A stretch of 64,000 bases of DNA from Alphaproteobacteria bacterium (GTDB lineage Bacteria > Pseudomonadota > Alphaproteobacteria > JBKEAR01): contig JBKEBO010000058.1 of assembly GCA_047973205.1 (NCBI GenBank), forward strand, positions 5,750 to 69,749, read 5' to 3'. The position numbers and the translations under genes were made by a program. Shown piece after piece: positions 11,620 through 20,398 of the stretch; the first letter of the stretch is position 1; each line of letters opens with the position of its first letter. The notes under the pieces were generated by a model. The model made no database searches and was not told the origin of the DNA. It saw nothing but the letters and a program-made list of their open reading frames with translations.

Positions 11620-11860
11620 AAAGTACAGATTTTTGTCCAAATTTATCCATAAAAAACCTGTTTCTGTCCATTTTTGTCCATTTTTTATCCCATCATAGCC
11701 AAAAAATTCCTGATAATGTCCATGCCTCTATAAAAGTTTCCCTTTTAAAGAGTGACAGTTTTGTGTCGATTCCTGTAAAAATTTGGATATAAATGGGTAA
11801 AAAATGGCAAATATGGGCAAATATGGGCAAATATGGGTAAAATCCTATTTAAGTCATATA
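11620..11860. repeat. Intergenic repetitive element, copy 1. On the left are 10-bp-phased (T)TGTCCA/TATCCA words. On the right are five tandem 10-mers aAATGGGyAA at 11791-11840.
   Basis: Read directly from the sequence. GTCCA/ATCCA words recur about every 10 bp across 11631-11690. The right-hand 10-mers are aaatgggtaa/aaaatggcaa/atatgggcaa/atatgggcaa/atatgggtaa. The architecture matches 27290-27500. Confidence 0.5.
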
Positions 11861-12667
11861 TTACAAATATTCAAAATGGCTGATAGGGCCATGGCCTTTG
11901 CCCATCTGCCAATGTTGTGAGGTTTGAATGGCATGGCTGATATACTGCTTAGCCTCTTTAACAGCGGTACGGATATCCTTACCAAGAGCCATTTGTGCAG
12001 CAATGGCTGAGGAAAGTGAGCAACCTGTACCATGGGTATTTTTGCTATTGATTCGCTTTTGTTCAAAAGAGTGAATATGACCATCGGCTAAGTATAAGTA
12101 ATCAATAGACTTTTCACCTTTTTGGTGACCACCTTTAATGAGAATATTTAGGCTTTTTCCAATATTTTTTGCTAAGATTTCAGCATCTTCCTCATCTTCT
12201 AAATCAGCTAAAATTTGAGCCTCAGGCAGGTTGGGGGTGACGAGGGTTGCTAGGGGGAGCAGCTGCTCCTTAAGGCTTGTAATTGCATCCATTTCTAGTA
12301 AAGGAGCCCCTGCTTTAGAAACCATTACAGGGTCTAAAATAATGGGGGGAAGTTTGGGTTGAGCCTTTAAGAAGCTAGCGACAGTTTGCACCATATCCTT
12401 ATCACCAAGCATGCCGATTTTAATGGCATCAATGGGCATATCTTCAAAAACGGCTTTTAGTTGTGAAGTTATTGTTTCTAAAGGAGTTTTATGAATATCT
12501 GTGACAGCATAAGAATTTTGTGCCGTAATGGCGGTAATGACCGATAAGCCATAACAACCATTGGCCGATATGCTCTTAAGGTCGGCTTGTATGCCTGCTC
12601 CACCACCAGAATCTGAGCCTGCAATACTCAGAACACAGCAGGGTCGGTTGCCTTTAATGAGTGCCAT
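11861..12667 (-). CDS. thiD: Hydroxymethylpyrimidine/phosphomethylpyrimidine kinase ThiD
   Basis: The 268 aa product has VLSIAGSDSGGGAGIQADLK and GTGC motifs of the PfkB/ThiD family. Confidence 0.9.
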   Translation of the reverse strand: MALIKGNRPCCVLSIAGSDSGGGAGIQADLKSISANGCYGLSVITAITAQNSYAVTDIHKTPLETITSQLKAVFEDMPIDAIKIGMLGDKDMVQTVASFLKAQPKLPPIILDPVMVSKAGAPLLEMDAITSLKEQLLPLATLVTPNLPEAQILADLEDEEDAEILAKNIGKSLNILIKGGHQKGEKSIDYLYLADGHIHSFEQKRINSKNTHGTGCSLSSAIAAQMALGKDIRTAVKEAKQYISHAIQTSQHWQMGKGHGPISHFEYL

Positions 12668-13287
12668 TTGCTAATCTCCTGTTTTAGATTTTGTGTGCTT
12701 TGAATAATATCTTTTGCATCAGATATGGCGGATATAACGGCGATACCTTGGCCTCCATGTTGGAAAACATCTTGAATATGCTCACTTTTTATACCGCCAA
12801 TGGCAATGATGGGCTTATGGATATGCTGAGATGCTTTGGCAATTCCTTGAAAGCCTAAAGGTGTTTGAGTATCGACTTTAGAAGGGGTTGCAAAAACGGG
12901 GCTTATGGCCACATAGTCGGCATATTGGATTTTTGGGTCATGGATTTGCTCTAAGCTTTCGATAGAAAGGCCAATAATGGCTTCATTACCCAAAATTTGC
13001 CGTGCAATATCAATGGGCATATCCGATTGGCCTAAGTGAATGCCATCGGCCTTAACAGCGAGGGCAACATCAATACAATCGTTAATTATCAAAGGGATAT
13101 GGTACTTGTAGCATATTTCTTTAAGGCGAAAGGCCGCATCTAAAAAGGGGCGTATCTGTGGCTTCTTATAACGAAGCTGAATAACATCCACACCGCCTTG
13201 TGCAGCCTTAAGGCATATATCTTCAAGTTGGGCTATATCCTCAGTTTGAGGTGTAACAAAGTAAAGGTTGTAATTAATGTTCTTCAA
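12628..13287 (-). CDS. thiE: Thiamine-phosphate synthase ThiE
   Basis: The 219 aa product is a TMP-synthase TIM barrel. It overlaps thiD by 40 nt and thiM by 14 nt. Confidence 0.88.
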   Translation of the reverse strand: MKNINYNLYFVTPQTEDIAQLEDICLKAAQGGVDVIQLRYKKPQIRPFLDAAFRLKEICYKYHIPLIINDCIDVALAVKADGIHLGQSDMPIDIARQILGNEAIIGLSIESLEQIHDPKIQYADYVAISPVFATPSKVDTQTPLGFQGIAKASQHIHKPIIAIGGIKSEHIQDVFQHGGQGIAVISAISDAKDIIQSTQNLKQEISKWHSLKATDPAVF

Positions 13288-14104
13288 TAAAAACTCCGCT
13301 CATATTCATCACCATTTCGGGGGTGATTTGTGATAGCCCATCAATAAAAGCCGTGGCAAAACTCCCTGGAGCTTTTGTTTGTTTTTGAGCCTCATTGCCA
13401 ACGAGAGACATGGTAAAGAGAGTCGAAAAAGCAGCCACAAAAGCATCATCATCGCAGCTTGAAAAAGCACCACAAAGAGCCGCCGCCGTACAACCAGTTC
13501 CTGTAACTTTGGTCATCATAGGAACATTAAGATCAATATAACCAATATATTGCTCGTTTACAACAACATCTGTTGGCCCTGTGATTGCCACGCAAATTTT
13601 ATATTTTTTTGCGATTTCTATAGCAGAAGCAATGGCTTCGTCTGTGCTATGGCTACTATCAACCCCCTTACTTGTGGCGGGAGATGTTAAGTTACCAATA
13701 GCAATAACCTCAGAGGCATTGCCTTTGAGTAGAGTAACGGCACCAGTCTCTAATATATCTTGAACGGCTTGACTCCGAAGCTGGGATGCACCGACACCAA
13801 CAGGATCTAAAATAACAGGTTTTTTGTATTTTATGGCTGCTTTAGCGGCCTCAAAACTACATTCTAAAAAGCAGCTATTAAGAGTTCCAATATTAATAAC
13901 AACAGCATGGCTAATGTTTACAAGCTCATCCATTTCATCAGCAGCAAGGCTCATCAAAGGAGAAGCCCCAATAGAAAGCAAGGCATTAGCGGTGAAGTTC
14001 ATCACAACATGATTGGTTAAACTCAAAACCAAGGGGTTAGATTTTTCAATTTTTTGGATGGACTGAAGAACTTTACTATGATTAATAAGATGATTTGGCT
14101 GCAT
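13274..14104 (-). CDS. thiM: Hydroxyethylthiazole kinase ThiM
   Basis: The 276 aa product has ThiM-family conservation and is the first gene of thiM-thiE-thiD. Confidence 0.88.
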   Translation of the reverse strand: MQPNHLINHSKVLQSIQKIEKSNPLVLSLTNHVVMNFTANALLSIGASPLMSLAADEMDELVNISHAVVINIGTLNSCFLECSFEAAKAAIKYKKPVILDPVGVGASQLRSQAVQDILETGAVTLLKGNASEVIAIGNLTSPATSKGVDSSHSTDEAIASAIEIAKKYKICVAITGPTDVVVNEQYIGYIDLNVPMMTKVTGTGCTAAALCGAFSSCDDDAFVAAFSTLFTMSLVGNEAQKQTKAPGSFATAFIDGLSQITPEMVMNMSGVFIEEH

Positions 14105-14261
14105 ATTTATAAGACTCCCATAAATTTATATATTTTAAATATCTAATATACCAACTTTAAACTTATATTCAAGGAAGTATTTGATGATTTTTATAGGAAT
14201 TTAGCCGTTTATACACGTATTCAGGGTATTCGTATCTTAAGATAAATCTATGATTTTAAGT

Positions 14262-14298
14262 ATAAAAAATGAGAAACCGCCCTTTGAGAGAAGGGCGG
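14262..14298 (-). terminator. Rho-independent terminator candidate on the minus strand (8-bp GC-rich stem, then T-rich tract)
   Basis: The stem is ccgccctt/aagggcgg at 14277-14298, followed on the minus strand by gtttctcatttttta. It lies downstream of the ATP12-family gene and upstream of thiM. Confidence 0.5.
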
Positions 14299-14397
14299 TA
14301 TATTATATGAAAAAGAGAGTTATAACAGAGGAGATAAGAGATGAGAGTTTAAAAATTGCTAAAAGTTCTGCTCTGTATAACTTTAATATAGGTAAAG

Positions 14398-14540
14398 TTT
14401 GTAACAGCTTTGCTACAAAAAATGCTTTTATTGTAACAGATTGTAACAAAGCGATTTTATGTATTATTTTCAGTGATATATTCTCTAAATATTTCTCAAA
14501 AAGTTGATAAAAGCAGCAATTTCAAACTCTTTGTTACAAA
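14398..14540. repeat. Cluster of TTGTAACA words: three direct copies (14400, 14432, 14442) and an 11-bp inverted partner
   Basis: ttgtaacaaag at 14441-14451 is the perfect reverse complement of ctttgttacaa at 14529-14539. ttgtaacag occurs twice upstream. Confidence 0.4.
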
Positions 14541-15255
14541 TTTGAGCCGTAAGTTCAGCATCTTCACCCCACTGATTCTGCTGGTAATATTCATGAATAA
14601 GTGCAGCTTGTTGAGCTTTTTTAACATCAATATGGTTTTCAGCCGCCGCAAAAGCGATAATAGCAGAACCTGTACTTTGGGTAAGAAGACTAAAAGCAGC
14701 CTGTTGCCAAATATTATAACTGTCTGTTTTTTCAGACAACTTTTTTATTGCAGGGGCTTGGTTAGCAATAGATAAACCTTGGTTGGGTTGAATATCATGG
14801 CCTAAAGTAGCACTTGCCCAACCCAATAAAGGTTGCCAGTGATGTTGTTCCTTAAGACATAATTCTTTAGGTGATGGTGAGGGAAATAAAATAAGGTCGG
14901 TTTCTAAAAATTTTATAGATGTATGAAGCCAATTTTGCCGTTTATTTTCATCCTCTTGGAGCTGGTCAATAACCGTCATTACAAGGCGAGATATGGGCAT
15001 GCTGCGAGGCTTGATATGGTCTTGCTGACTTTGCCATTCTTGAACAACTTGCATAGCGGCGGCAGGATTCGGCAGGCAGACATCCTTTTTTTGTGGAGTC
15101 TTTAAGCGGCGATTATCTAATAAGATATAAAAGTTTGAAGCATCTTCTTGAACCTCAGCCTTATGCCAAAACTTTTTTGGAGCGGTGGTTTTAAAGGCAT
15201 CATTTTGGAGTTTATTGTTAAACTCTTTATAAAAATCTTGCTCGCTTTTACTCAT
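14485..15255 (-). CDS. ATP12-family chaperone (F1-ATPase assembly factor homologue)
   Basis: The 256 aa product has a PKKFWHKAEV...LLDNRRLKTPQKKDVCLP block typical of ATP12/Atp12p homologues in alphaproteobacteria. Confidence 0.75.
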   Translation of the reverse strand: MSKSEQDFYKEFNNKLQNDAFKTTAPKKFWHKAEVQEDASNFYILLDNRRLKTPQKKDVCLPNPAAAMQVVQEWQSQQDHIKPRSMPISRLVMTVIDQLQEDENKRQNWLHTSIKFLETDLILFPSPSPKELCLKEQHHWQPLLGWASATLGHDIQPNQGLSIANQAPAIKKLSEKTDSYNIWQQAAFSLLTQSTGSAIIAFAAAENHIDVKKAQQAALIHEYYQQNQWGEDAELTAQICNKEFEIAAFINFLRNI

Positions 15256-15919
15256 GAATAAGCCTTTCTAAACTTTCGAAAAGTTGCTCTGGACTGTCAA
15301 TAATCTCATTAGCTCCTGCTGCAATAAGCTGCTCTTTTTTGTGATATCCCCATGAAACACCAATAGATTTTACATTAATTTTATGAGCCATTCCAATATC
15401 GTAGCTTGTATCTCCAATCATAATTGCGTGTTTAAGATTACCGCCACATTCGGCAATAGCCGTGCGTAATATCTCAGGGTCTGGCTTTGGAGGAAAACCA
15501 TCAGAAGCGGTCTTTAAGCTAACAAAATATTTGCGAATCCGATTCTCTTCAAGATTATTCTCGCAACTTTTGCGTTCAGCTCCCGTACAAATTGCCATAA
15601 TCCATCCAGCGTCATTTAATTTTTTTAATTGTTCTTCAACATAGGGATAGCATATTATATGATGATTTTTTGCAGTTGCTTCTTGGTACTTATGGTGGAA
15701 AAGATTTTGGCATTCCTCATAAAAATCTAAGCTTTCATTCGGCAAAATAGTCTGGATGATTTTTCCGAGGGGCAAGCTGATAAGTTGTTGAATTATATTG
15801 ATTTTTACAGATTTTTTACCAAGCTCATTTAAGGATTCGTTTAATAATGTATAAATAATGCTATCTGAGGAAATAAGTGTTCCATCTAAATCAAATACTG
15901 CAACTTTTAAGTTTTTCAT
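15248..15919 (-). CDS. HAD-superfamily hydrolase (phosphoglycolate-phosphatase-like)
   Basis: The 223 aa product has the VFDLDGTL motif I and the GDTSYD motif IV. Confidence 0.8.
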   Translation of the reverse strand: MKNLKVAVFDLDGTLISSDSIIYTLLNESLNELGKKSVKINIIQQLISLPLGKIIQTILPNESLDFYEECQNLFHHKYQEATAKNHHIICYPYVEEQLKKLNDAGWIMAICTGAERKSCENNLEENRIRKYFVSLKTASDGFPPKPDPEILRTAIAECGGNLKHAIMIGDTSYDIGMAHKINVKSIGVSWGYHKKEQLIAAGANEIIDSPEQLFESLERLIHE

Positions 15920-16089
15920 ATAACCTCTTTCTTCACTATCAAGCCATTGTTTTTGTGTGGTAAAATTACAACATACACGGCAAAGGCTTGAGACACTAAG
16001 TTTTTATTAATATCTTTTCTGTAAAAAATTTTCTATACATTAGTATATTATATAACTAAAATCTTAAAAGGAAAAAAAAGAGGTTTGTG

Positions 16090-16899
16090 ATGAGTAGTAA
16101 GTTTGTAAAAGCATGTTTGGGCATTCTCATGTTTCTTTCGGCTCCGAGTTTTGCTTCTGGTTTAGACGATGATCGTCTAGCAGGTAAGGACTTCTTGGAT
16201 CATTTGGCACGTGAGTATCGTAGCTGCGGTAATGCAGAGGCTCGTGAGCGAGATATGAAGGACGCAAGATATTTTCGTAATCTAGCAGCTAAGGCTGAAA
16301 AAGGTCAGATGGTTCTACCTGCAGCCGTTAGTAGTCGTATTATTCCATCAGATTATTTATCGGAATTAAATACGGCAAAAGAAAAGCTTGATTATCATTT
16401 AGGTTTAGGGGCAAGAGACAATACTCCAGCGGCAGCGGCAGCGGCTCAGGCATCTTATGAATGCTGGTTGCAAGAAGCTGAAGAAAATAAGCTGGATGGT
16501 GATATTGATAAAGAGAAAGCAAAGTTTTATGCAAATCTTTCTGCTTTAACAAGCCCATTAACAACAACAGTGATTTACTTCCCTGTGGATAGTGCAACAC
16601 TAACATCTTCGGCACGTTCTAAACTCAATGCAATGGTTCGTCAAATGAAGGCGAATGGTATTAGAGACGTTGCTATGGGAACATATGCTTCTTCAACAGC
16701 TTCTTATACCCATAACTTGGCCTTAACAAAATTTAGAGCCGATGCCGTGAAAAACTACTTAAGAGCTCGTGGTATTCGCGAAGCGAGTGTTATCTTAAGA
16801 ACATATGGCGAGGGCGACTTAGCCGTACCTACAGGTAACAACAGAGAGAATAAGCTTAATCGTCGTGCGGTTTTATCTTTAGTGAAAAAGCGTCCATAA
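16090..16899 (+). CDS. OmpA-family periplasmic/outer-membrane protein
   Basis: The product has a signal peptide (…LSAPSFA|SG) and a C-terminal OmpA_C peptidoglycan-binding domain (NLALTKFRADAVKNYL…NRRAV). An AAGAGG RBS precedes the start, and the ORF track begins at the GTG at 16087. Confidence 0.85.
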   Translation: MSSKFVKACLGILMFLSAPSFASGLDDDRLAGKDFLDHLAREYRSCGNAEARERDMKDARYFRNLAAKAEKGQMVLPAAVSSRIIPSDYLSELNTAKEKLDYHLGLGARDNTPAAAAAAQASYECWLQEAEENKLDGDIDKEKAKFYANLSALTSPLTTTVIYFPVDSATLTSSARSKLNAMVRQMKANGIRDVAMGTYASSTASYTHNLALTKFRADAVKNYLRARGIREASVILRTYGEGDLAVPTGNNRENKLNRRAVLSLVKKRP

Positions 16900-16925
16900 T
16901 TTAAGCATTCTTAATATTCAGTATA

Positions 16926-16964
16926 AAAGAGCCGCCTTTTTATTAAGGCGGTCTTTTGTTTTTT
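16926..16964. terminator. Bidirectional rho-independent terminator between the convergent OmpA-family gene and hemG
   Basis: The stem is gccgcc/ggcggt with T-rich runs on both sides. Confidence 0.5.
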
Positions 16965-16971
16965 AGCGGCT

Positions 16972-17484
16972 CTAAACAAGGCTCTTTGCAAAGCTACGAA
17001 CCTGATCCCAATCGGTAAATTCAATATCAGTGCTTGTATCGGTTGGCCCTTTGGTCATAATCATAATAAATTGGATGATTTTGGTTTGCCAAAAATTATA
17101 TTTTGACCATGAGCAAGCCCCTGCAAAAACAGCCGCTTTTTTAGGTGTCCATTTAATTTTTTGTAGGAGTTTTTTGGTATAAATATTTGTTTCTGGTGTA
17201 TTTTTGCCCATCTTACGAGCCACTAGATTAATACCAAAAAAGTAAGAGGGCATATTATTTAGAGCCTCATGATGTGTTTCGATAAATGCATATAAATTCT
17301 TATGATAATGACCATAGCGAATAGAAGCTCCAATCACAACCATATCATAGGCTTGCCAGTCAATTTGAGGGTTTGTATGAATATCGATAATATCATAATT
17401 ATCACAAAGCATCTCGGAGGCAATCAGTCGCATGATTTTTACGCTATGGCCATCAGTTGAAGCAGTAAGTAGTAGGGCTTTCAT
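16972..17484 (-). CDS. hemG: Menaquinone-dependent protoporphyrinogen IX dehydrogenase HemG (flavodoxin-like)
   Basis: The 170 aa product matches the HemG family pattern, with VVIGASIRYGHYH in the long loop. Confidence 0.85.
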   Translation of the reverse strand: MKALLLTASTDGHSVKIMRLIASEMLCDNYDIIDIHTNPQIDWQAYDMVVIGASIRYGHYHKNLYAFIETHHEALNNMPSYFFGINLVARKMGKNTPETNIYTKKLLQKIKWTPKKAAVFAGACSWSKYNFWQTKIIQFIMIMTKGPTDTSTDIEFTDWDQVRSFAKSLV

Positions 17485-17512
17485 TTAAATCTCTTTCTTT
17501 TTTATTATGTTA

Positions 17513-18295
17513 TTATAGGGCTAAAACTTCTTTTATGGTGGCATTGAGCCTTTTTAGGTCTCGAATGGTTGAGAGCCGATGATTGCCATCTTTAGGAAGC
17601 CAAAGCTCCACATCATTACCATTGAGCCATTGAGCAATTTTTACAGAGCGTTGCCAAGGAACAACATCATCTGCTAAACCATGAAGCAAACGAACTTTTA
17701 TGTGAGGCAAGCCAAAATCTTCACTCATAACATGTTGGCTTAAACCATCTTCATAAAGCTTTTTTGTCCATGGAACATGACCATCTTCGGCCCATTCATT
17801 AGGTTCATAAATAACGCCATCTTTCATTAAGGTTTCCATACCCTCATGGCCTAAGGCTTCAGGCATAATATCTGCCGTAAAATCAGGAGCAGGGGCAATG
17901 CCGATAAAAGCCGCAACACGCTCTTTAAGACGTTTAGCAAGCCAAAGAGAAATCCATCCACCCATGGAAGAGCCAATAAGAACAAGCCTTCCTGTGGTTT
18001 TTTGCTCAATGAGTTCTAAGGCATCATTTGCCCAACAGCTAATAGAGCCATCTTGAATAAAATCGCCCTCAGATTGCCCATTACCCGTATATTCTAGAGC
18101 CAAAAATCCTAAGTTTTTCTCTTGGGCTAGCCCATAAATTGCAGCCGATTTATCGCCATACATATCAGACATATAACCATGGAGGAAGACTAAAGTCATC
18201 TCGCTATTTTCTTGCTGAATATAAGCAAGTTTATAGCCATTACGGTTGGTAAAAAATGATGGTTGAGGTAGGGGGGTAAGGTTTTCGTAATCCAT
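17513..18295 (-). CDS. Alpha/beta-fold hydrolase
   Basis: The 260 aa product has a GSSMGG nucleophile elbow and a late His. Confidence 0.8.
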   Translation of the reverse strand: MDYENLTPLPQPSFFTNRNGYKLAYIQQENSEMTLVFLHGYMSDMYGDKSAAIYGLAQEKNLGFLALEYTGNGQSEGDFIQDGSISCWANDALELIEQKTTGRLVLIGSSMGGWISLWLAKRLKERVAAFIGIAPAPDFTADIMPEALGHEGMETLMKDGVIYEPNEWAEDGHVPWTKKLYEDGLSQHVMSEDFGLPHIKVRLLHGLADDVVPWQRSVKIAQWLNGNDVELWLPKDGNHRLSTIRDLKRLNATIKEVLAL

Positions 18296-18375
18296 ATCAA
18301 TATCTTTACTATCTTGTCAAAAAATTAATCTTTTGAGCGTATTATATAATGATTATGCAACAAGGTAAATGATTT

Positions 18376-18747
18376 ATGATGAAAAGAAGTTTTCCTTTTA
18401 TGGCTCTTTTGGGCTTGTCTTTTCTTACCGCCTGTACTTCAGTGCTAGACTTTAATAAAAAAGAAGAGCCTGTGCATCCTGTAGTTGGCAAATGGGCTGA
18501 GGCAGGTAAGTGTGATTCTATGCCTTGGATTTTTGGGCCAAAATCTGTCCGCTGGGGTAATAATGGCGGCCATTGGGTCGATATGGGTAGCAAGATTAAG
18601 GTTGTCAGTTATATTGCCCAAGAGCAAGCAACTATGACCCTTTACTTCACAAGGCCACAAAATAATGTGATGCGAACTCTCTCGTTAAATTATGGGGGAA
18701 CATCTATGTCTAATCGAGGAGGCAAGCTAACAAGATGTTCAAATTAA
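18376..18747 (+). CDS. Small lipoprotein, paralogue 1 of a 4-gene array (conserved Cys pair)
   Basis: The product has a lipobox at LTAC, a VGKW…C block and a C-terminal Cys (TRCSN). The next gene overlaps by 13 nt. Confidence 0.7.
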   Translation: MMKRSFPFMALLGLSFLTACTSVLDFNKKEEPVHPVVGKWAEAGKCDSMPWIFGPKSVRWGNNGGHWVDMGSKIKVVSYIAQEQATMTLYFTRPQNNVMRTLSLNYGGTSMSNRGGKLTRCSN

Positions 18748-19091
18748 AATTATTGATTATGTTTTTGCTCAGCTTATCTCTTGGGGCATGTGTTCATACT
18801 CAAAAGTCAAAGAATCCAATTGTCGGAAAATGGACAACATCATCTTGCAGCAATGCAATAACTCTACAAAGTAATCATCAAGTTCAAGGAAGTGTTTATG
18901 GCAATTGGGAGGAGCGAGAGCATATTGTTGAGCTTAATCTAGCCAAAAATATTAAAGGACAACGGCAATATATTCAAGTGCTACTTGCTAAGCCAAACCA
19001 AGAGAAAGTCAAGGTCTTACGCGTGATTTATCCCTTTGGAACATGGCAAGGCGGTTATAAATCAGGCGATATTCTTCGGAAATGTCGCTAG
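18735..19091 (+). CDS. Small lipoprotein, paralogue 2
   Basis: The product has a lipobox at LGAC, VGKWTTSSCS, and a C-terminal RKCR. Confidence 0.7.
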   Translation: MFKLKLLIMFLLSLSLGACVHTQKSKNPIVGKWTTSSCSNAITLQSNHQVQGSVYGNWEEREHIVELNLAKNIKGQRQYIQVLLAKPNQEKVKVLRVIYPFGTWQGGYKSGDILRKCR

Positions 19092-19254
19092 TATTTTAGC
19101 TATTGTAAAAAAGTAACACCCATCATAATAGATAATATATTTATCGATATTTTTTCTGTTTCTTTTTGATTTTTCTCTTTTTTTATGTAAAATATTTTTA
19201 CTCACACAAGGGAGACTTAAAAAAATTAACGATAAGGTTTGGAGAATATTTATT

Positions 19255-19635
19255 ATGAAAAAATTATTAGCATTATCAGCTATTGCAGGAATGATTGTTG
19301 TTTCAGGATGTACATCGGAGTTCGGTGGCTCATCATCATCTGGAATAGTCGGTACATATTCCGATAGTTGCTCAGCACCACAGTCAAGCTTCATCTTTAG
19401 AAATGGCGGCTCAGGAACCATTCAGGCTCGTGGTATGACACGCAATTTCACATGGACTCAAAATGGCCGTACGGCTTATGTGTCTGTACCAACATCAGGC
19501 GGTACTCCTGCCCAAACTTATGTGCTTAGCCGTACACAAAGCGGTGTTTATCTTTCTGGACTTACCGTTAATGGCAAACAACAGAATTTAACCGCTGTTC
19601 CTGCAAGTGAAAGAACAAAGACAAAATGTTCATAA
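19255..19635 (+). CDS. Small lipoprotein, paralogue 3
   Basis: The product has a lipobox at VSGC, VGTYSDSCS, and a C-terminal TKCS. A GGAGAA RBS precedes the start. Confidence 0.7.
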   Translation: MKKLLALSAIAGMIVVSGCTSEFGGSSSSGIVGTYSDSCSAPQSSFIFRNGGSGTIQARGMTRNFTWTQNGRTAYVSVPTSGGTPAQTYVLSRTQSGVYLSGLTVNGKQQNLTAVPASERTKTKCS

Positions 19636-20003
19636 AAAAGCATTTTGCTTTACTTTTTATTGTAAGCTTTTTAAGCGGGTGTACTCTTATGGGTACACCT
19701 TCTTTTTTAGAAGATACTTCCGTATCGGTAAAAACTGCTCAGGGGCGTTATGCCAATGATTGTTCCAATCCAAGAGAAGTCATAATTCTTAAAAAAGATG
19801 GGACGGCAATAGCCAAATATAAGAACCAAGTGAAGACTTTTTCTTGGCAACAAAAGGGAAGCGAAGTCATCTTCACCCATAGCGACCAAGGACATGTGGT
19901 AAGCCGCATTGATGAGCATGGTAATTTGAACTTATATCAACATCCCAGAGCCAAAGGACATTTCATCCCCCCCAAAGACCTTATACGTTATAAATGTTTG
20001 TAA
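19626..20003 (+). CDS. Small lipoprotein, paralogue 4
   Basis: The product has a lipobox at LSGC, GRYANDCS, and a C-terminal YKCL. It overlaps paralogue 3 by 10 nt. Confidence 0.7.
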   Translation: MFIKKHFALLFIVSFLSGCTLMGTPSFLEDTSVSVKTAQGRYANDCSNPREVIILKKDGTAIAKYKNQVKTFSWQQKGSEVIFTHSDQGHVVSRIDEHGNLNLYQHPRAKGHFIPPKDLIRYKCL

Positions 20004-20102
20004 AATTTGCCTCTTTTAAGGCTACACCTTAGCAATATAAATGGGGCTTTGAGCCTAAAGAGAATATCTTTGTTCCCACTCCCTTAAGCCTTACAACCAA
20101 AA

Positions 20103-20117
20103 TGTAGCTAAATTACA
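20103..20117. promoter_or_regulatory. Degenerate copy of the island palindrome (TGTAG-ctaaa-TTACA)
   Basis: It has one mismatch against TGTAG-N5-CTACA and lies about 290 nt upstream of the SDR/ABC operon. Confidence 0.3.
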
Positions 20118-20312
20118 TAAATAGGATAATTTGACTATAAAAATTTAAAAATACCCCTAATATTTTAAAGAAAAAATCTACTTAAATCATAAAAATAATT
20201 ATTTTTACTAAGTATTAATACCCTCAAAATCCTCAGTAAATCAGGAGTTTTTATAGGTAGAATAGAATCTTATTCAAATTTTTCTATTAAAAGGTTTGCA
20301 AAATATAAAAAA

Positions 20313-20327
20313 TGTAGTTAAACTACA
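20313..20327. promoter_or_regulatory. Candidate operator TGTAG-ttaaa-CTACA, 72 nt upstream of the SDR-SDR-ABC operon
   Basis: This is a perfect 5+5 palindrome. The same TGTAG-N5-CTACA word recurs upstream of three other operons of the island. Confidence 0.45.
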
Positions 20328-20398
20328 AAATATGATAAATTTCTACTTATTAAGATGTTAGAATAAATATCCGCAAAAGTAAAAGAAAGGATGGGGCA

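Noticed and set aside
14105-14300. A TPP riboswitch (THI-box) was expected in the thiM leader.
   Set aside because: I could not find the conserved CUGAGA / ACCUGAUCUGGAUAAUGCCAGCGUAGGGA core on the minus strand by eye. I have not called it, and a covariance-model search is needed.
14398-14417. TGTAACAGCTTTGCTACA looked like an extra copy of the island operator.
   Set aside because: Its spacing is TGTA-N10-TACA, not TGTA-N7-TACA, and it lies outside the island. I treated it as a different repeat family (TTGTAACA).
14250-14775. Plus-strand ORFs of 85 and 100 aa lie in or near the thiM/ATP12 intergenic region.
   Set aside because: They have no RBS and low-complexity translations of AT-rich repeat DNA, and the second overlaps the well-supported ATP12-family gene on the other strand. 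They are probably spurious.
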